Assembly (NCBI GenBank): GCA_963792585.1
Contig: CAWBWI010000003.1
Coordinates: forward strand, 416,001-480,000
Direction of reading: 5' to 3'
Source: Candidatus Eiseniibacteriota bacterium
GTDB taxonomy: Bacteria > Eisenbacteria > RBG-16-71-46 > CAIMUX01 > VGJL01
DNA: 64,000 nt
Shown here: positions 47,995-59,012 of the stretch, in pieces
Numbering within the stretch: position 1 is the first letter of the stretch
How the letters are laid out: the number at the start of each line of letters is the position of its first letter
The notes under the pieces: generated by a model
Told to the model about the DNA's origin: nothing
Databases searched by the model: none
What the model saw: only the letters and a program-made list of their open reading frames with translations
Position numbers and translations under genes: made by a program

Positions 47995-48759
47995 ATGAAG
48001 AAGTTTGCTGCTCTTCTGGGTGCTCTCGCTGTCGCGGGCATCCTTGCGTCGCCGGTTCAGGCGGCGGACGACGTTCTGTTCTACTACGGACACGGCGGCC
48101 TCAACGAGGGTCACACGAGCCTCGCGGCCATCTACACGGGCCTCGGCGCCAACTGGGTCGAAGATGCCGGCGCCACGCTTCCCGCTGATCTGAGCGCGTA
48201 CCGACTCATCTTCATCAGCGTCCCGGGTTGGCTCGACCCGAACGCCTACTTCTCCGCTGCCGAGACCGCTGCGCTCAACGCCTTCCTTGCCGATGGCGCG
48301 CACCGCATCGTTCTGATCGGTGAGTGGGATGGGTTCTACGGTCAGGGACAGCAGGTGCTCGAGCAGCTGGCGTCCGATCTCGGTGGCGTCATTTCGTTCT
48401 TCCCGGGCGTCTTCGACCAAAGCTGCTATGCCTACAACTGCGCGGCCACGAACACCACCGATCCCCTCGTCAACGGACTGAGCGGCCTCTGCAAGGCGGC
48501 CACCGCGGTTTGGGACCTGGGAACGGCGGTCTCCTATCCGGTCGAGAACACGGTCCAGCCGTGGGTCGTGAGCAACGGGACCGACGTCCCGTGCATCTGC
48601 GGAATCGGTGACTCGAACACCCTCTCCGATCCCTGCGCTCACTTGGGTGATGCCAACACGGCCGAGTTCGCCAGCCGTCTCTACCTCATCACGTGCGCCG
48701 GCGAGCCTTCGCCGACCGTTCGGACGACGTGGGGCAACGTGAAGGCGACCTACCGGTAG
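47995..48759 (+). CDS. Secreted Cys-containing protein with C-terminal TWGxxKxxYR motif
   Basis: Signal peptide MKKFAALL...VQA. Ends PSPTVRTTWGNVKATYR. Confidence 0.85.
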   Translation: MKKFAALLGALAVAGILASPVQAADDVLFYYGHGGLNEGHTSLAAIYTGLGANWVEDAGATLPADLSAYRLIFISVPGWLDPNAYFSAAETAALNAFLADGAHRIVLIGEWDGFYGQGQQVLEQLASDLGGVISFFPGVFDQSCYAYNCAATNTTDPLVNGLSGLCKAATAVWDLGTAVSYPVENTVQPWVVSNGTDVPCICGIGDSNTLSDPCAHLGDANTAEFASRLYLITCAGEPSPTVRTTWGNVKATYR

Positions 48760-48780
48760 TCGGGTCCTCCTCGAACCGAA

Positions 48781-48825
48781 TGAAATCCGCGCCCCTCCGG
48801 TAATCGCCGGTTGGGGCGCATTTCA
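48781..48825. terminator. Terminator-like hairpin
   Basis: TGAAAT-cc-GCGCCCC-t-CCGG...CCGG-tt-GGGGCGC-ATTTCA between convergent genes. Confidence 0.6.
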
Positions 48826-48902
48826 TGTGCGCCCGTCAACTCTGTGGCGGGGTGGAGTTCGGCCAATCGCGCGCGATCGGTGATCCCGGTCGGTGGGCGA
48901 TC

Positions 48903-49799
48903 TCAGGCGGCCGGTTCGAGCCGCACCCGCACGTTTCCGCCGAGCGTGTCGATATTGATCTCCGCCCCGCCGTCTCCGATCACGCACACTCCGCGTCGTC
49001 GAGCCTTGCCCTGCATCTCCCGCTCGGTCCCCGGCGGAAACTCCATCGCACCCCCAAGGGTGGAGACGTGGATCGTCATTGATGCCCCCTCCGCAACTTG
49101 CAGGCTGACCTCTCCACCCGCGGAGGAGACGGCGGCGCTCCCCTCACGCAGATCGAGGTCGGCGATCCTTACGCGTCCGCCCAGTGAGCGGAATCGGAAC
49201 GGAGACCGTGGACCCTGCACGCGAAGTTCTCCGCCCGCTGTGTCGAGCGTCATCGGGCCGGGGAACCGCTGGATCTCGAGATCCCCACCCAAGCAGCGAA
49301 CATCCAGACCCGCGAGATTCGGCGGCACCTCGAGCTCGAGGTTCCCCTTCGCCCAGGTCAGGACGTAGTCGCTACCGTTGCGGTGCACCTCGATCGCCTC
49401 GCCGCGAATGATGCGCGCTCCCCCCTCGCCCGCCGCCCGGAGGATCACGTTGCCGCCCTTCGACCCTCCGCCGAAGCTCACCCGCATCGCCTGCTGAACC
49501 CGCAGCCGGCTTCCGGCGGGGAGGTCGAAGCCGCCGGCTCCGATCTCGACGCTTTCCGCATCCGCCCGCGTTTCCTCGAAGACCCGCTGCGCGGTGCCGA
49601 GCGCGTCGTCGACAGCCCGGCGGACCGTCTCGCCGACTTCCTCCAGAATCTGGCCCATGGCCTCGCCGAAGCCGGCGGGCCGACCCGTTTCCGCGGCTTG
49701 TTCCCGCTCGTCAAGCGCGCGCAGCATCCGATCTCCCTCTTCCGGCGACACCTTTCCCTCGGCAATGAGTCTCAGGATCTCGATCCGTGCCTGCGACAT
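48903..49799 (-). CDS. SHOCT-like plus DUF4097-like beta-repeat protein
   Basis: ILRLIAEGKVSPEEG.RML.AL N-terminus and repeated xGGxL/V units (CLGGDL, TAGGEL, SLGGRV, TLGGNV). Confidence 0.8.
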   Translation of the reverse strand: MSQARIEILRLIAEGKVSPEEGDRMLRALDEREQAAETGRPAGFGEAMGQILEEVGETVRRAVDDALGTAQRVFEETRADAESVEIGAGGFDLPAGSRLRVQQAMRVSFGGGSKGGNVILRAAGEGGARIIRGEAIEVHRNGSDYVLTWAKGNLELEVPPNLAGLDVRCLGGDLEIQRFPGPMTLDTAGGELRVQGPRSPFRFRSLGGRVRIADLDLREGSAAVSSAGGEVSLQVAEGASMTIHVSTLGGAMEFPPGTEREMQGKARRRGVCVIGDGGAEINIDTLGGNVRVRLEPAA

Positions 49800-50072
49800 G
49801 ATCTCCCCTCCGCGATCCCCGCGATTGACTTCGACCCGCGGGGATCCTATCATCGAGAGCGGCGAATCCACAGGGCCGGGACGGGCGGAGATTCCGTGCG
49901 CCCGACCCCTCATCAGCGGCCGACACCGTCGATGGACGGCGCCAGGAATGGGTCCCCCCCCATTGGTACGTGCGGATCTCGCGTATTCCGTGAACCTATT
50001 TGCGCGGGGTTCCGTGATGCGAGGGCGAGCGCGCCCCCCCATTCGAGCCATGGGACAAGGAGGCCGATTCCC

Positions 50073-53000
50073 ATGAAAGCAAAGGCGTTCCGTCTCCAGT
50101 TCTTGCTGCTTCCAACGATTCTGCTCGCGATCTCGGGGAACGCGATCGCATCGCACGCCCCGAGCCGTTCCGTGCTTGGCAATCAGTATCTCGCCCCGCA
50201 GGCGACCGATCTGCGACAACCGGATCGGTCCGGGGTTCCGACGAGATCCGACACGACCTGGTTCGGCGGCTACACGATCGTGGGCGGCGAGTACCACGCC
50301 CTCTCCGGACCGAACAAACAGGACGTCATGTGGACCTTCGACCGCGGGATCGGTCCCCACGGGGACCCGAACCGGATCGAGGATGGCGAAGGGTGGCGGT
50401 CGATCGACGAGACCGCCAACGACCAGACCTTCTTCCGGCGGATCGACGGCACACTCGATCTCGGCGATGGCGTCGCGCCCCCGATCATCACGGGCCAGGG
50501 CAGTCTGTGGGTCGGCGCGGACGCGCCACAAGCCGCCGCCTTCTGCTGGATATGCGGCCCGGGGTATGGAAACGACTGGTGCCAGAGAATCACGACCGAG
50601 CCGCTCGCCTACGACGGGTCGGGGGCGGTCACCCTCTCCTTCAAGTATTTCAGCGACAGTGAGCAGTGCTTCGATGGGACGCAGGTCTACCTGAAGCGCG
50701 CGGACAATACCGAACTGCTGCTCAACCCATATCCGGGCGACTGCCCGGAGAATGTCTGGCATGACGGCTTCACCGGAACGATCGGGAGCGCCTCGGCCCC
50801 CGCGACCTACACGCGCGTCGTGACCGCCGGGGAGATCGGCGCGGCCCAGTCCATCCGCTTCGTTATCGAGTTCACCTCGGACGACGGTTGGTCCGACGAG
50901 GACGGCGAGTTCTGCGAGACCTACGGTCCCTTCGGCGCGGACGATGTGACGATCGACGGCGGGGGAATCCATGCGATCCAGGATTTCGAGACGGGCATCA
51001 CCCCGTGGGTCGCCTCATTCTGTCCCGGGATCGGCAGCTTCGCGGGCATTGCCCCCCTTGGCTGCTATGGGTATATCGATCCCTGCCAGTGCCGCCTCTC
51101 AGGGAACGTCCTCGAGATGCACGAGGGAGACTGCCCCGCTGGGACCCATCCCCAAGGACAGCTCGAGTCGATCGAAAGCCCGATCTGCGACATCGGTTCG
51201 GGAGAACCGCACAGCATCCTGCTCGACTTCGACATGTTCGCGGACATGCCGTTCGAGGATGGGGTCCTGTTTCGCGTGATGTGGAAGTACTACCCGTGGA
51301 CTTGCCCCGTGACGGGCGCGACCGGCTGGTCGCCCGCCATGGGGAATACTTTCGAATCCACCGGTTCCACGCCGGGTTGTTTCAGTCTGCGCTACTCCGC
51401 GACCGGCGGACCGAACGGCGTGCCCATCCCCCAGACCTCGCAGAAGGTGAAGGCGATCATCGAGCTGGTCTCGGACTGCTCGGCCTTCACCATCGATCCC
51501 TGTTCCGGCGAGACGAACGCGAGCCCCCTGTTCGACAACATCGCCGTCGGCGCGACGGCAGGCGTGTACGCACCGATCGTCGCGCTCGACACCGGCTGCG
51601 CGTTCCAGGACGTCGGATCGTACCCGTCCACGGCCTTCGATCCGCGCGGGACCGGTCCGGCCAACGTGACATTCGACAAGTACCTGGACAACCCGTCGAA
51701 ACCACGCCTCTGCGGCGATAGCCTCGTCGTGGCCGGCCCCCTGCCGTCCCCCACCGATCCGAACACCCGCTGGGAGGCGCGGCTCTGGTGGCGGGTGGCG
51801 CGCAGGGCGGTCTTCAACGCGGACAACAACAACGGGGTCCCAACGCGGTACAAGATCTGGCGTGACCGGGTCGCGGACGGTCGCGCGATCGACCGCGTCT
51901 ACAGGCCGGAGTTCACCTTCGGCTGGATGGACTCCGCCCAGATCGGATCTAACCCCAGAAAGGACAAGTTCATCTCCTCATTCCGCGAGGACGACGACGA
52001 TTTCGTAAGCGAGTCGAGTCCCGAGAACGAGATGATCTGGGACGACGTCCTTTATCCGGGGACCCGGATCGAGTACTTCGTCACGTCGAACTACAGAAAC
52101 AGCCCGGCACTGCTCTACTACTATCCCGACACCACGGGTGGGAATCTCCTCGAGTTCGAGGTCCTGCCCGGGCTCCTTACGGCGAACGTGCCGGGGTGCG
52201 GGGGGACGGGCTTCAATTACTGCGCCTTCATGCCGGCCACGCTCTACATTGACGCTTTCAACGCCGGCGCACAGATCTTCATCGAGAATGCCCTCCGCAC
52301 CGTGCTCAATGGGGAGCCGGTCTGCATGAACCCGATGGGGTGCCCGATTCCGGCCGATCGGAACTGGGACCGGTACGACTACGCGGACGCCGCCTCGAGT
52401 TGGGTCGCGCCCTTCGGCCGCGGAGCGATCGCGGGGAGCAACAACGGCATGACCCTGCAGCAGATCCTCGGCTATCGGACGATCCTCGTGAACACAGGGT
52501 CCTACACCAGCGGTGCGATGGACGACAAGGACTTCGCCCTGTTCGACCAGTGGCTGGTCACTCCCTTGTGCGAGTCGAACGTGAACCGGCAGGCGTTTCT
52601 CATGAACGGGGACGGAGTGGGTCAAGTCCTGGAGAACTTCCCCTCCACCGGCGTGCCCTTGATGCGCAACACGCTCGGCGCCGCACTCTTCTGCGACGCG
52701 TTCAACGGTGCGTCGAGCGACCCCGACTGCGGTCCGATCGACACGTCGTATTGCGTCCGCCTTCTTCCTCCTGACGCCGCCGTTTTCGGATCCACGGAGG
52801 CGATCGATGCCTTCGGGAACGGTTGTCCCAGTCTCTACGGCTTCAACGTCCTCTCTCCCAACGGCACGGGAGTGGGCAACCGCGGCTACTGGAGCGAGGA
52901 AGGTCCGAAGCAGATGGACTTCTCGCAGATTGCGAACGAGGACCTCTCCACAGGCGCGAACTACCGGACCGTGCTCGATGGTGTGAGCTGGCACCACATG

Positions 53001-53498
53001 ACGCTGCGCAACAGCGGCGGGCAGGGGAGCGACCGATGCCCGCGCGACCTCCCCTCGGTCTCCGGGGCGATCGCCGCGGAGATGGGCTCGGCGCTGCGAT
53101 GGGCCTACGACGCGCAGACGAACAACGGGATCCCGAAGCTCACAAGCGCGGAAGTGCTCGCGACATGTCAGTCTACGTGGACTCTAGGGGGCGCGGGGGC
53201 CGAAGATGCCGCCGACGTCCGGGTCAACCGTCTCTGGCAGAACGATCCGAACCCCTTCAATCCACGCACGACGATCAAGTACAGCCTGGCCCGAAGCGGC
53301 GCCGTGAAGATCCTCGTCTATGACGTGAGCGGGCGGCTCGTCCGCACGCTCATCGATGCGAAGGAGGAGGCCGGGGCGCATGCGGCGGTATGGGACGGGA
53401 CGAACGACCGGGGCGACAAGGCCGGGTCCGGAGTCTACTGGGTTCAGATGCGCGTCGCCGACTTCGTCTCCAACAAGAAGATGGTTATCTTGAAATAG
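50073..53498 (+). CDS. Large Cys-rich secreted protein with FlgD-Ig/CTD-like C-terminus
   Basis: RBS AGGAGG and signal peptide. Ends PNPFNPRTTIKYSL...VYDVSGRLVRTL...WDGTNDRG...SGVYWV...KKMVILK. Confidence 0.88.
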   Translation: MKAKAFRLQFLLLPTILLAISGNAIASHAPSRSVLGNQYLAPQATDLRQPDRSGVPTRSDTTWFGGYTIVGGEYHALSGPNKQDVMWTFDRGIGPHGDPNRIEDGEGWRSIDETANDQTFFRRIDGTLDLGDGVAPPIITGQGSLWVGADAPQAAAFCWICGPGYGNDWCQRITTEPLAYDGSGAVTLSFKYFSDSEQCFDGTQVYLKRADNTELLLNPYPGDCPENVWHDGFTGTIGSASAPATYTRVVTAGEIGAAQSIRFVIEFTSDDGWSDEDGEFCETYGPFGADDVTIDGGGIHAIQDFETGITPWVASFCPGIGSFAGIAPLGCYGYIDPCQCRLSGNVLEMHEGDCPAGTHPQGQLESIESPICDIGSGEPHSILLDFDMFADMPFEDGVLFRVMWKYYPWTCPVTGATGWSPAMGNTFESTGSTPGCFSLRYSATGGPNGVPIPQTSQKVKAIIELVSDCSAFTIDPCSGETNASPLFDNIAVGATAGVYAPIVALDTGCAFQDVGSYPSTAFDPRGTGPANVTFDKYLDNPSKPRLCGDSLVVAGPLPSPTDPNTRWEARLWWRVARRAVFNADNNNGVPTRYKIWRDRVADGRAIDRVYRPEFTFGWMDSAQIGSNPRKDKFISSFREDDDDFVSESSPENEMIWDDVLYPGTRIEYFVTSNYRNSPALLYYYPDTTGGNLLEFEVLPGLLTANVPGCGGTGFNYCAFMPATLYIDAFNAGAQIFIENALRTVLNGEPVCMNPMGCPIPADRNWDRYDYADAASSWVAPFGRGAIAGSNNGMTLQQILGYRTILVNTGSYTSGAMDDKDFALFDQWLVTPLCESNVNRQAFLMNGDGVGQVLENFPSTGVPLMRNTLGAALFCDAFNGASSDPDCGPIDTSYCVRLLPPDAAVFGSTEAIDAFGNGCPSLYGFNVLSPNGTGVGNRGYWSEEGPKQMDFSQIANEDLSTGANYRTVLDGVSWHHMTLRNSGGQGSDRCPRDLPSVSGAIAAEMGSALRWAYDAQTNNGIPKLTSAEVLATCQSTWTLGGAGAEDAADVRVNRLWQNDPNPFNPRTTIKYSLARSGAVKILVYDVSGRLVRTLIDAKEEAGAHAAVWDGTNDRGDKAGSGVYWVQMRVADFVSNKKMVILK

Positions 53499-53605
53499 GG
53501 CGCTTCCCCGCCCGGACGGAGGTCGACGAGGGGCCGACGGCAGGATGCCGCCGGCCCCATCCTTGTTCTATAGTGGTCCCAGTCCACGAGGCAAAGGAGG
53601 CCGGG

Positions 53606-55809
53606 GTGCGCTACGTACGTTCGGGGTGGATGCTGGCGGCGTTGTTCGTGACGGCCGTGGGGGCGGCTCCGGCCGTCGAGATTCCCGACAACCCGTCGGG
53701 CGGGATGATCGCGCGCCACGGCCTGCGCGCGACGATCGATCCGGCGACGGCCGCGCTGACGGTCGTCGACACCTTGACGATCCTGCACCGGCCGGCGATC
53801 CCCGCCTCGCGGAAATTCCCGTTCATGCTTTCCCGCGCGCTCGAGATCGATCGGGTGGAGGGGATCGGATTCGGCGTGACGGGAGCCCCGGGCCGCCTCG
53901 TGCCGCGCGAGTACTGGCGGGAGCCCCCCTACGACGAGCTGGGGGGCTACGAGCGCGCGCGATCGATCGGCATCGTCCCGGCGCAACTCGACGGGAACTG
54001 GCCCGAGTCGCTGCGGGTCATCGTTCGGTATCACGGAACGGTCTACGACTCCCTGCGGGCGCCCAAGTCGGCCTATGCCCGAAGCTTCGAGACCACCACC
54101 GGCCTGATCGATCGTCGGGGGGCTTACCTGAGCGGCGGCACGTTCTGGATCCCATCGCGTCCGGATGAGCGATTCACCTTCCGCTGCGCGCTCGAAACCC
54201 CGGCAGACTGGCATGGGATCTCGCAAGGAACCCTTCTCGCGACGGACGACGGCGCGACGGCGCGCGTCGACACGTGGGACTGCCCCCAGTTGATGGAGGA
54301 GATCTATTTCATCGCCGGACCTTATACATTGCGACGGGAAATGCCGCCGGCGTCGACGTGCAGACATTCACCTACGCGGATACCGACAGCGCCCTCTGCC
54401 GGCGCTACATCGACGGAACGGAGCGCTACCTCAAACTCTACGGCGAGAAGATCGGCGCCTACCCGTTCGCGAAGTTCGCCCTCATCGAGAACTTCTGGCA
54501 GACCGGCTTCGGAATGCCGTCCTTCACCCTGCTCGGGAACCAGGTCATCCGCCTGCCGTTCATCCTCGACACATCGTATGGCCACGAGATCCTGCACAAC
54601 TGGTGGGGCAACGGTGTCTTCGTCGACTACGCGACGGGGAACTGGTGCGAAGGGCTGACGACTTACGGCGCGGACTACCTCTACAAGGAGATGCAGTCCG
54701 CCGACGAGGCGCGGGATTCACGCCGCACCTCGCTTCAGGGCTATCTCGACTACGTGAGCGGGAACGAGGACTTCACCCTGCGCCTCTTCCGCGAGCGGGA
54801 GGACTTCGCGACGCAGGCGGTCGGCTACGGCAAGTCGATGATGGTCTTCCACCAGGTCCGCCGGCTGCTCGGGGACGAGGTACTTTGGGGCGCCCTGCGC
54901 GAGTTCTACTCGACCCATCTGTTCCGGAGGGCGAGCTGGGACGATCTCTTCGAAGCCTTCGGTGCGTGGTCGCCCATTCCGCTCGCGGGATGGAAGGCGC
55001 AGTGGATCGAGCGAACCGGGGCGCCCCAACTGCTCCTCGGGCCGCACTCGGTGAAGGGCTCCGCGAAGAGCGGGTTCACCGTGGAGGTCACGATCCGCCA
55101 GACCCAGTCCCCGCTCTATGACCTGCGCGTGCCGGTGCGGATCGGGTGGGACGCCCCGGCGGCGGAGTCGACGATGGTCGTGGCCTTGAGTGGAGAAGCG
55201 GCCGGCTGCGGCTTCCGCGTGAACAAGGCGCCCGACTGGGTCGCCGTCGATCCTGATTTCGACGTGCTCCGCAAGATCGATCCCACGGAGATCCCGGCGG
55301 CGCTTTCGCGGGTTTTGGGAGCGGATACTGCCGTCGTGGTGATCGCCTCCGGACTGCCCGCCGAGGTGAGCGCGAGCTACGAGAAGGTCGCCGCGGAGTG
55401 GGCCCAGGGGGCGAAGCTCGGAATCCTGCACGAAGTCGATCTTCCGGGAGGGATGTTGCCCGATCTGCCGACGTGGCTCTTCGGACGCGGGCCGCTCGCC
55501 GAGAGGCTCGTCGCCGAACGGGGAGACCCGAACACGGTTCCCCCGAGTTCCGGGCGCCCCGGCTGGAAGATCGCAGGCGTCGAATACGGGCCCGGGCGGG
55601 ACTTCGTCCTCGCCGGAGGAGATCCACCCCGGATCTGGACGCTGATCGATGCGGGCGATACGCGACAGATCAGCGTGGTCGGCCGGAAGGTCCCGCACTA
55701 TGGAAAGTACAGCTACTTGGTCTTCGAGGATGGGAAGAACATCGCGAAGGGATCCTGGGATGTCCTTTCGTCGCCGCTCCGTGACCGCTTCGCCGCCAAG
55801 GGTCGATGA
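53606..55809 (+). CDS. M1 family aminopeptidase; one frameshift at ~54340
   Basis: GFGMPSF, HEILHNWWGN, WCEG, YGKSMMVFH. One A is missing in GAAAT, joining ...YTLRRE to NAAGVDV. Confidence 0.85.
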
Positions 55810-55819
55810 AGGGAGAATC

Positions 55820-57064
55820 ATGAAGATGCGCCACGCATCCGCCGTCGTCATACTCCTGCTCGCTCTCACGAACGTCGGTCTCCCCTCGGCGGCCGCCGGT
55901 CCGCTCGAGTTCGTTGCCGCGCTGTGCGACACGTCTCTGGGGGGCCGCGTCGTCGGGGGCGCGGGATGCGACCGCGCGGCGGAGATGATCGCGGGACGCT
56001 TCGAGAAGGCCGGTCTCAACCCGGCCGGCGACGGGGGCACCTGGTATCAGAGCTTCAAGCCCGATCGTCCGGCAATCGCGGATGCCGTCCGCCTCCCGCC
56101 CGGGGCGCGCTGGGGCGAGATGACGCTGCGCAATGTGGTCGGGATCGTCAAGGGAACCGGAGACGGATATGTCGTCGTCGGCGCCCACTACGACCATCTC
56201 GGGCGCAGCGCGGCCGGCGAGATCTTCCGTGGGGCGGACGACAACGCATCCGGCGTGGCCGTCCTGTGCGAGATGGCCTCCAAGCTGGCTGCCGAGGCGC
56301 CACACCGGCGCTCGATCGTCTTCATCGCCTTCTCCGGCGAGGAGGTGGGGTTGCTCGGCTCCCAGTGGTACGTCGATCATCCCGTGGCGCCGCTGGAGAA
56401 GACGATCGCGATGATCAACTTCGACACGGTGGGCCGTCTGTCGCCCGAGAAGCGGTTGTTCATCCTCTCCGCCGCGAGCGCGCGCGAGTTGCCGGAGATG
56501 GTCAAGGGGATCAACCTCGATTTCGAACTCGACCTCGCCGTGCCGGAGAAGAGCCCCTTCGGCTCGGACCAGGTCTCCTTCCTTGCGAAGAATGTCCCCG
56601 CAATCCACTTCTTCACCGGCCCCAACGCCGACTACCACCGTTCCTCCGACACGCCCGACAAGGTCAACTACGAAGGGCTCGAGACGATCGCCGCCTTCGG
56701 CAGTGAGGCCGTGCGATTCCTCGCCGACCGGGAACGCCCCCTGACCTTCGTGCCGCAGGGGATCGAGAAACCGAAGCCGGCGCAACCGACCGCGCCGCGC
56801 AGGGTCAGTCTCGGGACGATTCCCGACATGGCCGACCAGGGAGACGGGGTCCTCGTTTCCGGAGTGCTTCCCGGAAGCCCCGCGGAGAAGGCGGGCATCA
56901 AGACGGGGGATCGCATCGTCTCGGTCGACGGGGAGAAAATCGGGGGGCTGGAGGACTACTCCGGCGTCCTGAAGAGCCACCAGCCGGGCGACAGGGTCCA
57001 GGTGACCTTCCTCCGGGGCGGGAAGACGGAGACCATCGAGGCCGCGCTGGTGGAGAGGAAGTGA
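55820..57064 (+). CDS. M28 family peptidase with C-terminal PDZ domain
   Basis: GAHYDHLG, GADDNASG, GEEVGLLGS, SDQ, DYH; LGTIPD...GSPAEKAGIKTGD. Confidence 0.92.
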   Translation: MKMRHASAVVILLLALTNVGLPSAAAGPLEFVAALCDTSLGGRVVGGAGCDRAAEMIAGRFEKAGLNPAGDGGTWYQSFKPDRPAIADAVRLPPGARWGEMTLRNVVGIVKGTGDGYVVVGAHYDHLGRSAAGEIFRGADDNASGVAVLCEMASKLAAEAPHRRSIVFIAFSGEEVGLLGSQWYVDHPVAPLEKTIAMINFDTVGRLSPEKRLFILSAASARELPEMVKGINLDFELDLAVPEKSPFGSDQVSFLAKNVPAIHFFTGPNADYHRSSDTPDKVNYEGLETIAAFGSEAVRFLADRERPLTFVPQGIEKPKPAQPTAPRRVSLGTIPDMADQGDGVLVSGVLPGSPAEKAGIKTGDRIVSVDGEKIGGLEDYSGVLKSHQPGDRVQVTFLRGGKTETIEAALVERK

Positions 57065-57092
57065 GCCGGGTCGAGCCGATTGGGCAAAACAG

Positions 57093-57121
57093 CGGCGCCG
57101 GCGATTGTCCCGCCGGCGCCG
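57093..57121. terminator. Terminator hairpin between convergent genes
   Basis: CGGCGCCGGCG-ATTGTCC-CGCCGGCGCCG. Confidence 0.65.
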
Positions 57122-57148
57122 TCGCGTCAGGGTGAGAGCCCCGTCGGG

Positions 57149-58906
57149 TTACGCTCCCAACCGCTTCTCCAGTCCGTCGACCTGACGTTGCATCTCCGCG
57201 GGGAGCTTCGACTCGAACTTCGCGAAGAACTCACGCATCCCCGCGATCTCTCCCTTCCAGTCGTCCTTGTTCACGGTCAGAAGCTCCTTCATCGTCGCCT
57301 CGGAGACGTCGAGGCCGGCGCGATCGATGCCCTTCGGCGTCGGAACGTAGCCGATCGGCGTCTCGACCGCATCGCCGCCGCCCTGGCACCGCTCGAGCGA
57401 TCCAGCGCAGCACGCGCACGTTCTCGCCGAAGCCGGGCCACAGGAACTTCCCGTCGGCGTCGAGCCGGAACCAGTTCACGTGGAAGATCTTCGGCAGCTT
57501 GTCGCTGCGCGTCCCCATCTTGATCCAGTGCGCCCAGTAGTCGCCCATGTTGTAGCCGCAGAAGGGGAGCATCGCCATCGGATCGCGGCGGACGACGCCG
57601 ACCGCGCCGGTTGCCGCCGCGGTCGTCTCGCTGGCCGCGGAGGCGCCGACGAAGACGCCGTGGTTCCAGTCGAACGACTGGTAGACGAGCGGCGCGACGT
57701 GCGCGCGGCGTCCGCCGAAGATGATCGCGGAGATCGGCACGCCCTGCGGGTCCTCCCAGTGCGGCGAGATCGAGGGGCACTGGCTGGCCGGGGCGGTGAA
57801 GCGCGAGTTCGGGTGCGCGGCCTTCTCGGTGCTGCCCGGCATCCAGCGATTGCCCTTCCAGTCGGTCAGGCCGGCGTCGGGGGCCGGATAGCCGATCCCC
57901 TCCCACCAGGGGTTCATGTCGTCGGTCAAGCCGACGTTCGTGAAGATGGCGTTCTTCCGCACGGACGAGCAACGCGTTCGGGTTGGTCTTCATGCTCGTG
58001 CCCGGCGCGACGCCGAAGAAGCCGTATTCGGGGTTGATCGCGTAGAGGCGACCGTCGGGTCCGAACTTCATCCAGGCGATGTCGTCGCCGACGGTCCAGA
58101 TCTTCCAGCCGGGGAGCGAATCGGGCGGGACGAGCATCGCGAGGTTCGTCTTGCCGCAGGCGCTCGGGAAGGCGGCGGCGATGTAGGTCACCTCGCCCTT
58201 CGGGCTCTCGAGGCCGAGGATCAGCATGTGCTCGGCGAGCCAGCCCTGGTCGCGCGCCATCACGCTCGCGATGCGCAGCGCGTAGCACTTCTTGCCGAGC
58301 AGCGCGTTGCCGCCGTAGCCGGAGCCGATCGACCAGATCTCGCGCGTCCTCGGGGAAGTGCATGATGAAGCGGCGGTCGGGGGAGAGGTCGCCGAGCGAG
58401 TGGAGGCCCTTGCAGTAGTCGGTCGAGTCGCCGAGCTGGTCGAGGGCGGCCGTTGCCCATCCGCGTCATGATCCGCATGTTCTCGACGACGTAGAGGGCT
58501 GTCGGTGATCTCGACGCCGACCTTGCTGATCGGGGAGCCGAGCGGTCCCATCACGTAGGGCAATCACGTACATCGTGCGCCCCTTCATGCAGCCGTCGAA
58601 CAGCGGGCGGACCTTCGCGCTTCCGCCTCGGCGGGCGCCATCCAGTTGTTCGTCGGGCCGGCGTCTTCCTTGTTCCGGCTGCAGATGAAGGTGAGGTGCT
58701 CGGTGCGCGCGACGTCGGTCGGATTGCTCCGATGGAAGAAGCAGTTCGGGTAGCTTCTTCTCGTTCATCCGGCCGAAGACCCCGTCGGCGATCGCCTGAG
58801 CCATCAGCCGTTCGTGCTCCTCCTGCGAACCATCCGCCACACCACGCGGTCGGGCGTGTCAGAGCCGCTCGCACTCGGCGACCCACTTCTGGAGATCGGC
58901 GTTCAT
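57149..58906 (-). CDS. pckG: Phosphoenolpyruvate carboxykinase (GTP); multiple apparent frameshifts
   Basis: Motifs spread over several frames: [85 protein letters not shown]. Confidence 0.92.
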
Positions 58907-59012
58907 CGTTCTTGATTCCCCCTGTTCCGATTGCGGCCGGACGGCAAATTCTAGACCGGCGTCACTTCTAGGGGGCGAGCGGGGCTGGACGGGGGAGCAG
59001 GAGGCTGTCAGG

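Noticed and set aside
48903..50972. 689-aa and 1371-aa overlapping ORFs as called
   Set aside because: The N-terminal extensions are spurious. RBS-supported starts at 49799 (-) and 50073 (+) give two non-overlapping divergent genes.
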